A stretch of 64,000 bases of DNA from Treponemataceae bacterium (GTDB lineage Bacteria > Spirochaetota > Spirochaetia > Treponematales > Rectinemataceae), in contig CAXXVZ010000002.1 of assembly GCA_963678065.2 (NCBI GenBank), positions 224,001 through 288,000 on the forward strand, read 5' to 3'. Position 1 is the stretch's first letter. The number at the start of each line of letters is the position of its first letter. Both the position numbers and the translations under genes were made by a program. Shown here piece by piece: positions 1 through 9,829 of the stretch. Under the pieces are notes generated by a model. It made no database searches. It was not told where the DNA came from and was given only the letters and a program-made list of their open reading frames with translations.

Positions 1-814
1 CTCCCGAACTGGCGATAAAGCGATTGTTCCGGTCGATGATCATGAATCTGGCCCCCGTGGTGGAAGCCACCTCGGCGAGAGATGCGCCGAAGGTCTCGGG
101 CGCGAAACTCAGCATGAGGACCGCGCGGGGCACCGACTCGAGGCTCGCCTTGTCCATCCTCGTAATGAGCCTCGCGACATTGACAACTTTTTCCTTGTCA
201 TCTTTGCCGGAGAGGCTTTCGTTCACTCCGAGCCAGAGAACACTCTGCCCCGAAGCCACGAGTTGCCTGAAAATGTCTGCCTTGAGGTCCTCGCGCTGTT
301 TTTCAGCGTACAGAGTGTCGCCCACGCGAAAATCGCCTCCCCCGGGTACCCAGAGATGGATGAGCGAGAGCCCTTTTATGGTAAGGAAGTTGGAGAGCAC
401 ATATCCGATCCTAGCCTGCGTCGCCAGCTTGAGATAATCGTCTCCTGTCGCGGGAGAGTTCAAGGCTTCGTTGATCGAGTCGGTTCCGGCGATCGCCGAG
501 AGCAGATTTTCAGCCTGGCCGACGATGTTTTCCATGATGTCGTCCTGGGACTCGAGGACTGAATCCATGGCTGAATTCTGTGCCGAGAGGATGGAACGGG
601 ATGCCATCTGCACGGAAAGCAAACCGAGGATGACGAGGGGAACGAAGCTGACAATGAGAAAATACGTCAAAAAACTGGAGAGCATGCCGCCTTTCATCCG
701 CGCGCGGGTCGGGGCACGGAGATTCGTCTGAACGGAGGAAGGCGATTCCCCTTCCGTCCGGGCGATATTTCCGGCCTCCGCTTCCTTTGCGCCGTCGGGC
801 TGTCGTCTCTCCAT
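1..814 (-). CDS. Membrane sensor protein (Cache-type extracytoplasmic domain; histidine kinase or similar), N-terminal part, runs off the window
   Basis: Read by hand because it is absent from the ORF track. ATG at 814 follows GGAGA, and the frame stays open to position 1. It contains an N-terminal TM helix (FLTYFLIVSFVPLVILGLLSV) followed by a periplasmic domain. It lies directly downstream of the SBP gene. Confidence 0.65.
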   Translation of the reverse strand, partial: MERRQPDGAKEAEAGNIARTEGESPSSVQTNLRAPTRARMKGGMLSSFLTYFLIVSFVPLVILGLLSVQMASRSILSAQNSAMDSVLESQDDIMENIVGQAENLLSAIAGTDSINEALNSPATGDDYLKLATQARIGYVLSNFLTIKGLSLIHLWVPGGGDFRVGDTLYAEKQREDLKADIFRQLVASGQSVLWLGVNESLSGKDDKEKVVNVARLITRMDKASLESVPRAVLMLSFAPETFGASLAEVASTTGARFMIIDRNNRFIASSG

Positions 815-818
815 TCGC

Positions 819-1814
819 TCATTCTCCCGCGCGCGTGATCACGGACGTGTTCAGCACGGTCAGGGCGGGAACTGTCCCCCCCTTGAGCAACTTGAGGGCG
901 TACTCGACGCCGAGCCTGCCCTGGGCCACTGGATTCTGGTCGACCGTCACGGCGAGCTTTCCTGCTTTCATGGCGGTCAGGGCCTGCGGGAGCGCGTCGA
1001 AACCGCCGACGAGGACATCGGTCCTCCCCGACTCATCCAGATGTCGGATGGCTCCGAGGGCCATCATGTCGTTGGCGCAAAAGATATATCGGGTGCCGGG
1101 AAACCGCTGCATGAGCCGGGCGACAAGGTCGTGGGCTTCGTCGATCTTCCAGTTGGCGCTCTCCGAGGCGACGAGCTTGATTTCGGGGTGAAGGGCAAAA
1201 GCCTCGAGCGCGCCGTTTTTCCTGTCTTCGGCGTTGGATGCCGTCCGGATACCCTCGATCAGCAAAGCCTGTGCGGGATCCTTGTTGCCTCGTATGAGCG
1301 CGGCGACGGCATTTCTGGCGCCAGCCCTGTTGTCGACGCTGATGAAGGGGACATCCTCCATTCCGAACTTCTTCATGAAGGCCGGATCGAGCCTGTTGTC
1401 GATGTTGACGACCAGGATGTGTGCGTCGCGGGCCTTTTTAAGCGCCGGAATGAGCTCGACGGAGTCGCCGGGGGCTATGACGATGGCGTCATACTTTTCT
1501 CTGATGGATTCCTCGACGATGGCGATCTGCTGCTGTATGGAGGTCTCCTGGGCGGCTGTCTTGACGGTGAGCCGGATGCCCTGTTCCTTTTCCGCGAGCC
1601 TCGCTCCCTTTTCCATCTCGATGAAGAAAGGATTGGCGAGGGTTTTCATTATAAGGACGATGCGGGCGGGTGGCGGAGAGGCCTTGGTCTCCGTCTTTGA
1701 AACGGCGCCGGGCAGGGACGGACCCGGCGGCTTGTTTCCGCAAGCCGTGGACATAAAGACAATTCCCATGAGTATCGTGAACGCCAGATTGCGCCGACGA
1801 TCCGACCCTGTCAT
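819..1814 (-). CDS. Sugar-binding periplasmic lipoprotein, RbsB-like (Peripla_BP_4)
   Basis: Lipobox-like STAC; motifs MKTLANPFF, VVNIDNRLD, CANDMMALGA and AVTVDQNP. Confidence 0.9.
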   Translation of the reverse strand: MTGSDRRRNLAFTILMGIVFMSTACGNKPPGPSLPGAVSKTETKASPPPARIVLIMKTLANPFFIEMEKGARLAEKEQGIRLTVKTAAQETSIQQQIAIVEESIREKYDAIVIAPGDSVELIPALKKARDAHILVVNIDNRLDPAFMKKFGMEDVPFISVDNRAGARNAVAALIRGNKDPAQALLIEGIRTASNAEDRKNGALEAFALHPEIKLVASESANWKIDEAHDLVARLMQRFPGTRYIFCANDMMALGAIRHLDESGRTDVLVGGFDALPQALTAMKAGKLAVTVDQNPVAQGRLGVEYALKLLKGGTVPALTVLNTSVITRAGE

Positions 1815-2051
1815 GTTTTTGCCACCTTTCCCCCCCTTGAGCGGATCAGCCGGACCCCGGCAGAAGGACGAATGCCGGCGCATTCCGGCTTCATCCGATC
1901 AGGTCAGAGGGGAAAATCCGCTGCCGGTTTTCCGCATACCGTTCTATCTGACAGTCACCCAGATATAAATGATAGTATGACTCGGCCCGCGAGACAACGG
2001 GCGCCCGGAAAGGCCCTGCGGGCAGGCGGCCTCATCGATCCGATTTTCCGG

Positions 2052-3116
2052 CTAAACGAGCCTCAGCACCTCGCCGAGCAGGTGCACGGTCAGGGCCTGG
2101 CCGTAGGCCATGGGGCAGACGGGGATGCGCTTGTAGAAGTCCGCGTCGTCGCCCATGGGCGTGCCGTAGGAGACCTGGGTGACCGCGCCGGTTTCGTCGA
2201 CACGGGCGAGGACGGCTTCGCAGGCTCGAAGTCCCATGGCCCGGTAGGACGCGGGGAGAAATCCGAGGCGGACAGCCTTGAGTATACCGTAGCCGAAGCC
2301 AGCCGTGGCCGAACTTTCGACATACGAACTCGGGTCGTCGATGATGGTGTGCCACATGCCGTCGGGGTCTTGGAGGGGTATGAGAGCGTCGACCTGGTCC
2401 TGGAAGGTGTCGAGGAGGTACTGCCTGACGCCGCCCTCGAGTCCGATCATCTCGATGAAGTCGATGACGCCGGCGGTGAACCAGCAGTTGCCGCGACCCC
2501 AGTGGATGCGGCCGAAATTGTTCCTGCCGTCGAAGGTCCAGCCGTGGAACCAGAGGCCGGACTCGCGGTCGGCGAGATACTTGATGTGGATGAGGAACTG
2601 GCGGACAGCCTCCTCGACGTACTCGCGCCTGCCCGTGACCATGCCCGTCTTGGCGAGGAAGAGCACGGTCATGTAGAGGGTGTCGACCCAGAGCTGGCCG
2701 TCGTTGCGCCGATTGGTGACGATGTGCTGGAGGCCGCCGTCGACCGTGCGGGGCATCTCGCGCATGACCCACTCGGCCCATTCCAGGCAGAGCGCGAGCC
2801 TCTCGGGGCGCTTGTCGATCTCGTAGAGATGGATGAGGGTGAGCATGGGGGCCATGGTGTTGACATTCTTCTCTGGCAGCCCCTCGGCGATGCGCGCCGC
2901 GAACCATGCGTCGAGGATATCGAAGTAGCGCTTCTCGCCCGTGCGCAGATAGAGCTTGCACATGCCGTAGAGTCCGACGCCCTGAGGCCACTCCCACTTG
3001 GTGAAATCGAGGTTGCTGATGGGGTTGGTCTCGACGAATTCCGGCTTTGGCGGATTCGTCATGCGGATGATGATCTCGTCCATCTTCTTTTCGAGCGCGC
3101 TGCGGTCAAACTTCAT
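2052..3116 (-). CDS. Unsaturated rhamnogalacturonyl/glucuronyl hydrolase, GH105/GH88 (YteR-like)
   Basis: Motifs WEWPQGV, QLWVDTLYM, GLWFHG, WGRGNCW, ESSATA and YGQAL. Confidence 0.9.
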   Translation of the reverse strand: MKFDRSALEKKMDEIIIRMTNPPKPEFVETNPISNLDFTKWEWPQGVGLYGMCKLYLRTGEKRYFDILDAWFAARIAEGLPEKNVNTMAPMLTLIHLYEIDKRPERLALCLEWAEWVMREMPRTVDGGLQHIVTNRRNDGQLWVDTLYMTVLFLAKTGMVTGRREYVEEAVRQFLIHIKYLADRESGLWFHGWTFDGRNNFGRIHWGRGNCWFTAGVIDFIEMIGLEGGVRQYLLDTFQDQVDALIPLQDPDGMWHTIIDDPSSYVESSATAGFGYGILKAVRLGFLPASYRAMGLRACEAVLARVDETGAVTQVSYGTPMGDDADFYKRIPVCPMAYGQALTVHLLGEVLRLV

Positions 3117-4221
3117 TGTCTTCTCCTTGCAGGGCTTCGGATCTTGTGGGCCTTCCGATCGCCGCGTAGTAATCGTCGAGTATCGCGAGGCTTTTTATCC
3201 CTTCGTCAGGGTCGAGGGGGAAGGGCCTGCCTTCGCGGATACAGTCGTAGAAGTCTTCGATGAGGTCGGCGTGGCGGTTGCCCCAGTAGGCGTGGCGCGG
3301 GTCGGCGGGGTCGGCGGCCAGGCCGGAGTCGTCGGGCGCGAGCCTGAGAGTTTCCCGCGGCGAGTCAGACCCCGTTACGATCAGGTACAGCGCGTCGGTG
3401 ATCCGCATGCGGGCGCCTTCGCAGAGAATTTCGAACTCCACGGGGGAGTCCTCGACATTGCCGTTGGTGGCGAACAGGATTCCGCGCCCGCCGGAAGCGA
3501 GGTCCATGAATACGACCGCCGTGTCCTCGACCTCGATGAGGCCGGGCAGGGTCATGTTGCCGCCGATCCCGCGCGCGCGTACGCAGCCGCCTCCGAGCCA
3601 CTGGATGATGTCGAGGCTGTGGATGGCCTGATTTATCAGGGCGCCGCCGCCCTCCGTCTTCCAGCGGCCCCGCCAGCCGCCGCGCGAGGCGTAGTAGGCG
3701 GCGTCCCGTTTCCAGGCGACGAGGGCGCGGACTCCGACAAGCGCGCCGTATTTCCCCGAGTCGACGAGGCGCTTCGCCTGTGCGACGGCCGGGCGGTAGC
3801 GGTTCTGGAAACAGAGACCGAGGTTTCTGCCGCTCGCGCGCCAGACTGCGGCGAGTTCCCGCCCCTCGGCGCAGTCCATCGCCATGGGCTTCTCCATGAG
3901 GACCTGCTTGCCCGCGCGCAGTGCCTGCGCCGCCATGGGAGCGTGGAGCCAGTGCGGCGTGCAGATGTGCACGGCGTCGATGTCCGCGCGGGTCAGCATC
4001 CCGTCGAAGTCGCGGCACAGCTCCGCGCCGGGGTGCGCCGCGCGCGCCAGTTCCAGACAGGCCGGATCGGTGTCGCAGACAGCGGCCAGCTCGATCCCGG
4101 GAAGGGAAGCGATCGCCTTCGCGTGCACGGGGCCGATGTTGCCGAATCCGACGACAGCCGCGCGTATGCGCCGGGCGCCACCATCGGACAATGGTGTCGC
4201 ACAACCGGACAGATCGGTCAT
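3106..4221 (-). CDS. Gfo/Idh/MocA family NAD(P)-dependent oxidoreductase
   Basis: Motifs GFGNIG, CTPHWLH, EKPMA and GGGALINQAIHSLD; start at 4221 overlaps the upstream stop (ATGA). Confidence 0.9.
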   Translation of the reverse strand: MTDLSGCATPLSDGGARRIRAAVVGFGNIGPVHAKAIASLPGIELAAVCDTDPACLELARAAHPGAELCRDFDGMLTRADIDAVHICTPHWLHAPMAAQALRAGKQVLMEKPMAMDCAEGRELAAVWRASGRNLGLCFQNRYRPAVAQAKRLVDSGKYGALVGVRALVAWKRDAAYYASRGGWRGRWKTEGGGALINQAIHSLDIIQWLGGGCVRARGIGGNMTLPGLIEVEDTAVVFMDLASGGRGILFATNGNVEDSPVEFEILCEGARMRITDALYLIVTGSDSPRETLRLAPDDSGLAADPADPRHAYWGNRHADLIEDFYDCIREGRPFPLDPDEGIKSLAILDDYYAAIGRPTRSEALQGEDNEV

Positions 4222-5141
4222 CGGGCGGGTTCCCCTCCGGCTCGCGCCTTCTCCACCATCGCCATGAGAGCCCTGCCATATCCGATGTATCCCGCCATCC
4301 TGGCCTCTTCGGGGGATACCCCGCTTCCCTCGTGGAAGACTGCCTCCGTATGCGGCTCGATGGACAGGAATCCGTCGTAACCCGATTTCACGAGGTCTTC
4401 CACGATGCGCACGACATCGCCGTTGCCTTCCCCCGGCAACGTAAAGCGCGCCTTCGGGAAAATGCCCTCGCTCGGGCCGATGTAGACGCAGTCCTTGATG
4501 TGCACGTGCTTCACGAAAGGCTTCACGCGCTCGTAGAACTCCCACGAACTCTGGATCTTCCAGGGCTCGGGTCCCCGCCTGTCAAAGCTGAAAGGCGGAT
4601 TGCCCGTGTCGAATATGAGACCGAAGGCAGGGGACTTTATCGCCTCGAGGAGCCGCAGAGTGTGTTCCCAGGACTGTCCCCCGAAGTTCATGCAATTCTC
4701 GTGCAGGTACAGGACGCCCGCCTCCTCGCACATCCGCACGAGGGGCGCGAGGCGCTCGACGACGAGCCGCGCGATCGCGGGATCGTCGGGTGAGGCCTCG
4801 CGCACGATGCCGAAACTCATGCCTCTGAGCATGGTGGTCCCCAGCCGCTTCATTCGGGGCAGTGCCCGCGAAAGCTCCGCTACGCTGCGCTCGAAGTCTT
4901 CGTCCTTGCGCGGGTCCTTTCCCCAGTTCGCGACCGCGCTGCCGAAGCAGTCGATCCTGACGCCCGATTCAAAAAGCGCGCGCTCGACTTCGTCGAACGT
5001 CGCCTCGTCGACGTCGGTGATGTTGACGCCGTCGATGGCCCGCGACTCGATCGACGCCCAGCCGAGCCGTTTCGTCGCCTCGATCTGGCCGCGGATTCCC
5101 GCGGCGGCCTCGTCCGCGAATCCTGTATATCTGATTGCCAT
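4218..5141 (-). CDS. Sugar phosphate isomerase/epimerase family (AP endonuclease 2 TIM barrel)
   Basis: Metal-ligand motifs TGFADE, HEN, FDTGN, HVHIKD and SIEPH. Confidence 0.85.
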   Translation of the reverse strand: MAIRYTGFADEAAAGIRGQIEATKRLGWASIESRAIDGVNITDVDEATFDEVERALFESGVRIDCFGSAVANWGKDPRKDEDFERSVAELSRALPRMKRLGTTMLRGMSFGIVREASPDDPAIARLVVERLAPLVRMCEEAGVLYLHENCMNFGGQSWEHTLRLLEAIKSPAFGLIFDTGNPPFSFDRRGPEPWKIQSSWEFYERVKPFVKHVHIKDCVYIGPSEGIFPKARFTLPGEGNGDVVRIVEDLVKSGYDGFLSIEPHTEAVFHEGSGVSPEEARMAGYIGYGRALMAMVEKARAGGEPAR

Positions 5142-5179
5142 GGAATCCTCCGTCCCGCCCGGTCCGGGCGGCTTGTCCT

Positions 5180-6361
5180 CTATCGCTTGTACGAGCGCGA
5201 GAAATCGTCCTCGCCGACCTCGAATTTCCTCTCGACCTTCACGAAGCGGGAGCTTGCGGCGAGTTCGCTCAACCTTTCTTCGAAGGCCCCCCTGGGCAGC
5301 GGAAGCTCCACGCTCCGTTTTTCAAGAGCCGAAAATACGATGGCGTTGTCGAGCGTCACCATGCTGATCCCTTCCCGGGCGTCGATGCGCGGAGCCCTGC
5401 CTTCGCGGATCGCGGCCCCGAAGTCCTCGAGCACGATGCGGTGGTTGCCCGACATCGGACCCGTCACCGGGATCTCGGTCTCCTCGGAGGCGAGTGGCTC
5501 CCAGGGAGCTTTCGCCTCGCGCAGGTGGGCGAGCATGGATTTCGCGTTCTTCGAGAAGAAGAGCCTGCCTTTCTCGCAGACGAGCCTTCCGTTCTCGCCC
5601 ACGATCTCGAGCCGGTTCGTGCCGGGCGACTCGCCTGTCGAGGTGATGAAGTGCCCGACCATACCGTTCCCGTACTCGAAATAGGCCGTCACCTCGTCCT
5701 CGACTTCGATGTCGTGGTATTTCCCGATGCCCGCGAAGGCGGTGACACGGGAGGGCATTCCGACGAACCACTGGAAGAGGTCGAGATTGTGCGGGCACTG
5801 GTTCATGAGCACTCCGCCTCCCTCGCCCGACCAGGTCGCCCGCCATCCGCCCGAATCGTAGTAGGCCTGGGTCCGGAACCAGTCGGTGATGATCCAGGAA
5901 GTCCTGACTATCCGTCCGAGCTCGCCGGAATCGATCATCTGTTTCACCTTCATCCAGTTGCCCTGGGTGCGCTGCTGGAACATCGCCGTGAACACGAGTT
6001 CGGGGTGGGCGGGCTTCGCCGCCTCGTAGGCCGCGATCATGGCGCGCGCGTCCTCCACGTGAACCGCGATCGGCTTCTCCGAGAGCACGCTCACGCCGCG
6101 TTTGAAGGCTTCGATCGCGATCGTCGTGTGATCGTAGTGCGGCGTGGCGATGACGACTCCATCGACGAGCCCCGAATCGAGCAGTTCCGCCGCGTCAAAA
6201 AAGGCGGACAGCCCGTACTTCGCGGCAGCGGCTTCGGCCTTCGTCCTGTCGATGTCGCAGACCGCCGCGAGCGCGACGCCTTCCATCGCGGAAAGCTCGC
6301 GCATGTGCTGGCTTCCCATGTTTCCGAGGCCGATGACGGCCAGACGGGCTTTCCCCTTCAT
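5180..6361 (-). CDS. Gfo/Idh/MocA family oxidoreductase
   Basis: Motifs GLGNMG, ATPHYDH, SEKP and GGGVLMNQCPHNLD. Confidence 0.9.
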   Translation of the reverse strand: MKGKARLAVIGLGNMGSQHMRELSAMEGVALAAVCDIDRTKAEAAAAKYGLSAFFDAAELLDSGLVDGVVIATPHYDHTTIAIEAFKRGVSVLSEKPIAVHVEDARAMIAAYEAAKPAHPELVFTAMFQQRTQGNWMKVKQMIDSGELGRIVRTSWIITDWFRTQAYYDSGGWRATWSGEGGGVLMNQCPHNLDLFQWFVGMPSRVTAFAGIGKYHDIEVEDEVTAYFEYGNGMVGHFITSTGESPGTNRLEIVGENGRLVCEKGRLFFSKNAKSMLAHLREAKAPWEPLASEETEIPVTGPMSGNHRIVLEDFGAAIREGRAPRIDAREGISMVTLDNAIVFSALEKRSVELPLPRGAFEERLSELAASSRFVKVERKFEVGEDDFSRSYKR

Positions 6362-8022
6362 GTCGACTCCTTGTGTGCGCGCGGCTCTGTCCGCGGTATG
6401 GTCATCCGCACGCCGAAGCCGGTCTCCATGTCGAGCAATTCGAGGCCGTAGGGCGGGCCGAAACTCATCCTGATCCTGTCGTGGACGTTGAAAAGTCCAC
6501 CCTCGTGTCCCGTGCGGTTCTGGGTGCGGGCGAAACTCATGCGCAGCGATTGTGCGACCTCGGGCGGACATCCGGGGCCGTCGTCCCTCACGTCGACGAC
6601 GACGCTATTTCCCTCGGGATGGGCGCGGATGGCTATATGCATGCCGCCCCGCCCCTCGTGCACACCGTGGGTGAAGCAATTCTCGACGATGGGCTGGATG
6701 CCGAAGCGGCAGATCCGCGCGTTGGAGACGGACCCATCGACATCGATGCTCCAGGTGAAGCGATCCTTGTACCGCACATCCTGGATGGCGATGTAGCTGC
6801 GCACGTACTCGAGCTCCTCGGAGAGGGTGACGATGTCGCGCGTGCGGCGCACCGTCATGTGGAGCATCGACGAGAGCGCCTTCAGCATGCGCATGAGCGT
6901 GTCGAAATCGTGCGCTTCGGCGACGCCGATCATGCTGTCCAGGGTGTTGAACAGGAAGTGCGGGTTGATTTTGGCCTGCAGGGCCTCGAAGCGCGCGACG
7001 AGTTGCTCCTTCTCGAAACTGCGCGCGCGTCTGAAGGCCTGGAGGAGCATGAGTCCGAGGATGATGACTGCGACGAGGGCGGCGATACCCACCGTAGCCA
7101 CGTTCATGGCTATCCGCCTGACGTTTTTCATGACCGCAGCCGCGGGGACCCGCCCCACGCAGAGGAGGTTGAGGCGGTCGTCCTTGTAGGATGCCTCTAT
7201 GTTCTTGCTGCCGGGAGCGAGATAATCGCCCGGCGAACGCGTGATTCTCTCGGCCGGAGCGGCGGAAAACTCCGGGACGAAAGGGTGCAGAAGGACGACA
7301 GGCAGATTGCGCGTCGTTTCCACCAGGATTCCCTCCCTGTCGTAGAAAGAAAGCTCGATGGGATATTCGCTTCCGCCCGTATCGCGGTTCAATTTGTTCA
7401 TGAGGTCGTCGAGGATCACGGTCATGTCGATCTCGAAAAATGCGGTCATGGCGGGTTCCATCCCGACGTAGTACGAGACGACGACGGGCAGGATCGTTCC
7501 GATGCCGGTGGTGCCGCGGAAGGGGGGCGCGACGAAGCCCAGGTTTCTTCTGATTCCGAGATTGCCGAAGGTCCCGTTCCGCACGGAACCCGCGAGATCG
7601 AGATAATCGCGCCACCAGTTCCTCCGGTTCGGCGACTCCCTCGGGGTCCCCAGCGCGATTATCGGCGGGGCGCCCCGCCGGACGATCCAGGCGCCGGTGC
7701 AGCCGATGAGACCGGCCTGGATCTGGCCGAGCTGTTCCCTGATGACGGCCGGATCCTTCGCGCCGCGGGCCTCGTAGGTGGCCATCAGGTTCATGGCCTC
7801 GTCGGCCGCGAGGGAGAGGACATTCACGATCGAGGAGTTGACCGAGATGACGCGGTTCGTGATGGCGACTTCCGTGTTGTCCACCAGTTCATCGGCCAGC
7901 CTGGAGAAGACGATTGTCGTGGTCGCAACGAGCCCCGCGAGGAGGACGGCCACGACGGCGAAGGAGAGGAGTTCGACGGAGCGTTTGCCGGTCGCCGCGC
8001 GCGGCGATGCGCCCGAGCTCAC
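6358..8022 (-). CDS. Two-component sensor histidine kinase, YesM/LytS-like
   Basis: Two TM helices; motifs LQAKINPHFLFNTL, QPIVEN, DDGPG and GLFNV; GTG start overlaps the upstream stop. Confidence 0.9.
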   Translation of the reverse strand: MSSGASPRAATGKRSVELLSFAVVAVLLAGLVATTTIVFSRLADELVDNTEVAITNRVISVNSSIVNVLSLAADEAMNLMATYEARGAKDPAVIREQLGQIQAGLIGCTGAWIVRRGAPPIIALGTPRESPNRRNWWRDYLDLAGSVRNGTFGNLGIRRNLGFVAPPFRGTTGIGTILPVVVSYYVGMEPAMTAFFEIDMTVILDDLMNKLNRDTGGSEYPIELSFYDREGILVETTRNLPVVLLHPFVPEFSAAPAERITRSPGDYLAPGSKNIEASYKDDRLNLLCVGRVPAAAVMKNVRRIAMNVATVGIAALVAVIILGLMLLQAFRRARSFEKEQLVARFEALQAKINPHFLFNTLDSMIGVAEAHDFDTLMRMLKALSSMLHMTVRRTRDIVTLSEELEYVRSYIAIQDVRYKDRFTWSIDVDGSVSNARICRFGIQPIVENCFTHGVHEGRGGMHIAIRAHPEGNSVVVDVRDDGPGCPPEVAQSLRMSFARTQNRTGHEGGLFNVHDRIRMSFGPPYGLELLDMETGFGVRMTIPRTEPRAHKEST

Positions 8023-8897
8023 GCCTCTCCCCCGTGCAGCCCGGCATCGTCGTCGGGGCAGTTCCCGCAACCTTCATCGGAACGGCCGGAGGAAGGGATT
8101 CCGGGGAGGACCCGGCCGCCCGACTTCCGGTAAGCTCCCGGACTCGTGCCGGCGATTTTCCTGAAAAGCTTGGAGAATGTGGGCAAGTCGGGGAAGGCCA
8201 GCCTGTCTGCGATCTCCTTCAGGGGGAGGTCGCCGGTCACGAGAAGCTCGCGGGCTTTTTCGACGCGGTAGAGCCGCGCGTACTCCATGAAAGAGCAGCC
8301 GTATATCTTCTTGAAGCCCGAGCTGAGCCAGGACGGAGATACGCAGGCGGCGCGCGCCGCGTCGTCGAGCGAAAAGCGCGAGTCGCAGTTCAGCTCGATG
8401 AAGGCCAGGGCCTTGCGGACGGCCTCGGGCAATTCCCTCCCCCTCCTCGGTTCCGGAAGTCTGCCCGCCCTGATCGCTCCCGATCCCTCCGCGCCGCGCC
8501 TATCCGCCTGCGAGGCGGAGCCGCAGACAAGCTTTGCGGTGATTTTCCCGAGAAGGGCCTTCATGTCCTCCGGGAATACCGGCTTCAGAAGGAAGTCGAA
8601 AACGCCGAGCCGGATGGCCTGCTGTGCGTAGGTAAAATCGTCGTAGCCGGAGACGACGACGGCGAGGCCCTTCCAGCCAGAATCACGCAGGCGCGACAGG
8701 AGGGAGAGCCCGTCTTCTCCGGGCATGCGGATGTCGGTGAAAAGGACGGCGGGATTCGCCCTCCCCACGGCCGAATAGGCCTCCGACGAACAGGAACAGC
8801 GCGCGACGACGGAAAACCCGCATCCGTACTCCTCGATATACGAGGAGTAGCGCTCGAGGGCCGCGGGCTCGTCGTCGACTACGATGGTCTTGATCAT
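8019..8897 (-). CDS. Response regulator with AraC HTH, YesN-like
   Basis: Receiver motifs VVDDE, TDIRMP and LLKP; C-terminal AraC double HTH. Confidence 0.9.
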   Translation of the reverse strand: MIKTIVVDDEPAALERYSSYIEEYGCGFSVVARCSCSSEAYSAVGRANPAVLFTDIRMPGEDGLSLLSRLRDSGWKGLAVVVSGYDDFTYAQQAIRLGVFDFLLKPVFPEDMKALLGKITAKLVCGSASQADRRGAEGSGAIRAGRLPEPRRGRELPEAVRKALAFIELNCDSRFSLDDAARAACVSPSWLSSGFKKIYGCSFMEYARLYRVEKARELLVTGDLPLKEIADRLAFPDLPTFSKLFRKIAGTSPGAYRKSGGRVLPGIPSSGRSDEGCGNCPDDDAGLHGGEA

Positions 8898-8910
8898 GGG
8901 ATAAGGAAGT

Positions 8911-9816
8911 TTAGCCCTTGATTCCCGACAGGGCAATTCCCTCCACGAAGAATCTCTGGAGGAAGACGTACACCGTGAGGAGCGGCACTATCGCGAGTAT
9001 GGTCGCCGCCATGACCAGGTTCCACTGCACGTCGAAGTCTCCCCGCATGATGGCGAGCCCCAGGGTGAGGGTCCGCTTCGTCTCCGAGTTGATGAAGACG
9101 AGGGCGTAGAGGTATTCGTTCCAGATCGCGAGCAGGGTGATGATGAGAAGTGTCGTGAGCGCAGGTTTCGCGAGCGGGATGATGATTTTGGAGAAGCGCG
9201 CCCAGTAGCCATAGCCGTCGATGATCGCCGCCTCTTCGAGTTCGCGGGGGATGCTGAGGAAGAACTGACGGAGAAGGAAGGTCCCGTAGGCGGTGAAGAT
9301 GCCCGTCAGGATGAGGGAGAGCCGCGTGTCGATGAGGCCCGCCATGCGGAAAAGAACGAAATTCGGAATGAGGGTGACCTGCCGCGGAACCATGAGTGTC
9401 GCGAGGTAGACCAGAAAAAGAACATCGCGCCCGGGGAACTTGAGCCTCGCGAAGGCGTAGGCGGCCATGGACGAGGTCAGGAGGGTCCCCGCGCAGCAGG
9501 CGACGGTGACCCAGACCGTGTTGAGGAAATAACTGAAGAAGGGGATCGTCTTGAAGACGTTCACGTAGTTTTCGAACTTGGGGACCTTGGGAAAGGGATT
9601 CGACACGTCTTTGATGACTTCCGCGTAGGATTTGAGCGAGATCCCGACGGCCCAGAGGAGGGGCACGAGGATCACCGCGGTGACGATGAGGATGACGAGC
9701 CAGATGACGAGATTCCCGATCGCCCGTTTGGCCCGCCAGGTTTCGATACCGACGCTTCCTCTCGTGGCGACGGCCGCCTGCGTGTTTGTCGCCTTGATTC
9801 CGTTCGGTGCGCTCAT
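8911..9816 (-). CDS. Carbohydrate ABC transporter permease (MalG-like)
   Basis: EAA loop ELEEAAIIDG; hydrophobic. Confidence 0.92.
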   Translation of the reverse strand: MSAPNGIKATNTQAAVATRGSVGIETWRAKRAIGNLVIWLVILIVTAVILVPLLWAVGISLKSYAEVIKDVSNPFPKVPKFENYVNVFKTIPFFSYFLNTVWVTVACCAGTLLTSSMAAYAFARLKFPGRDVLFLVYLATLMVPRQVTLIPNFVLFRMAGLIDTRLSLILTGIFTAYGTFLLRQFFLSIPRELEEAAIIDGYGYWARFSKIIIPLAKPALTTLLIITLLAIWNEYLYALVFINSETKRTLTLGLAIMRGDFDVQWNLVMAATILAIVPLLTVYVFLQRFFVEGIALSGIKG

Positions 9817-9829
9817 TTCCGGCCCCCCT

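Noticed and set aside
1872..8921. Long plus-strand ORFs (e.g. 1872-3263, 2998-4380, 5135-6451, 6373-8133) and similar antisense ORFs throughout the window
   Set aside because: These are shadow ORFs opposite well-supported genes in high-GC DNA, with no recognisable motifs.
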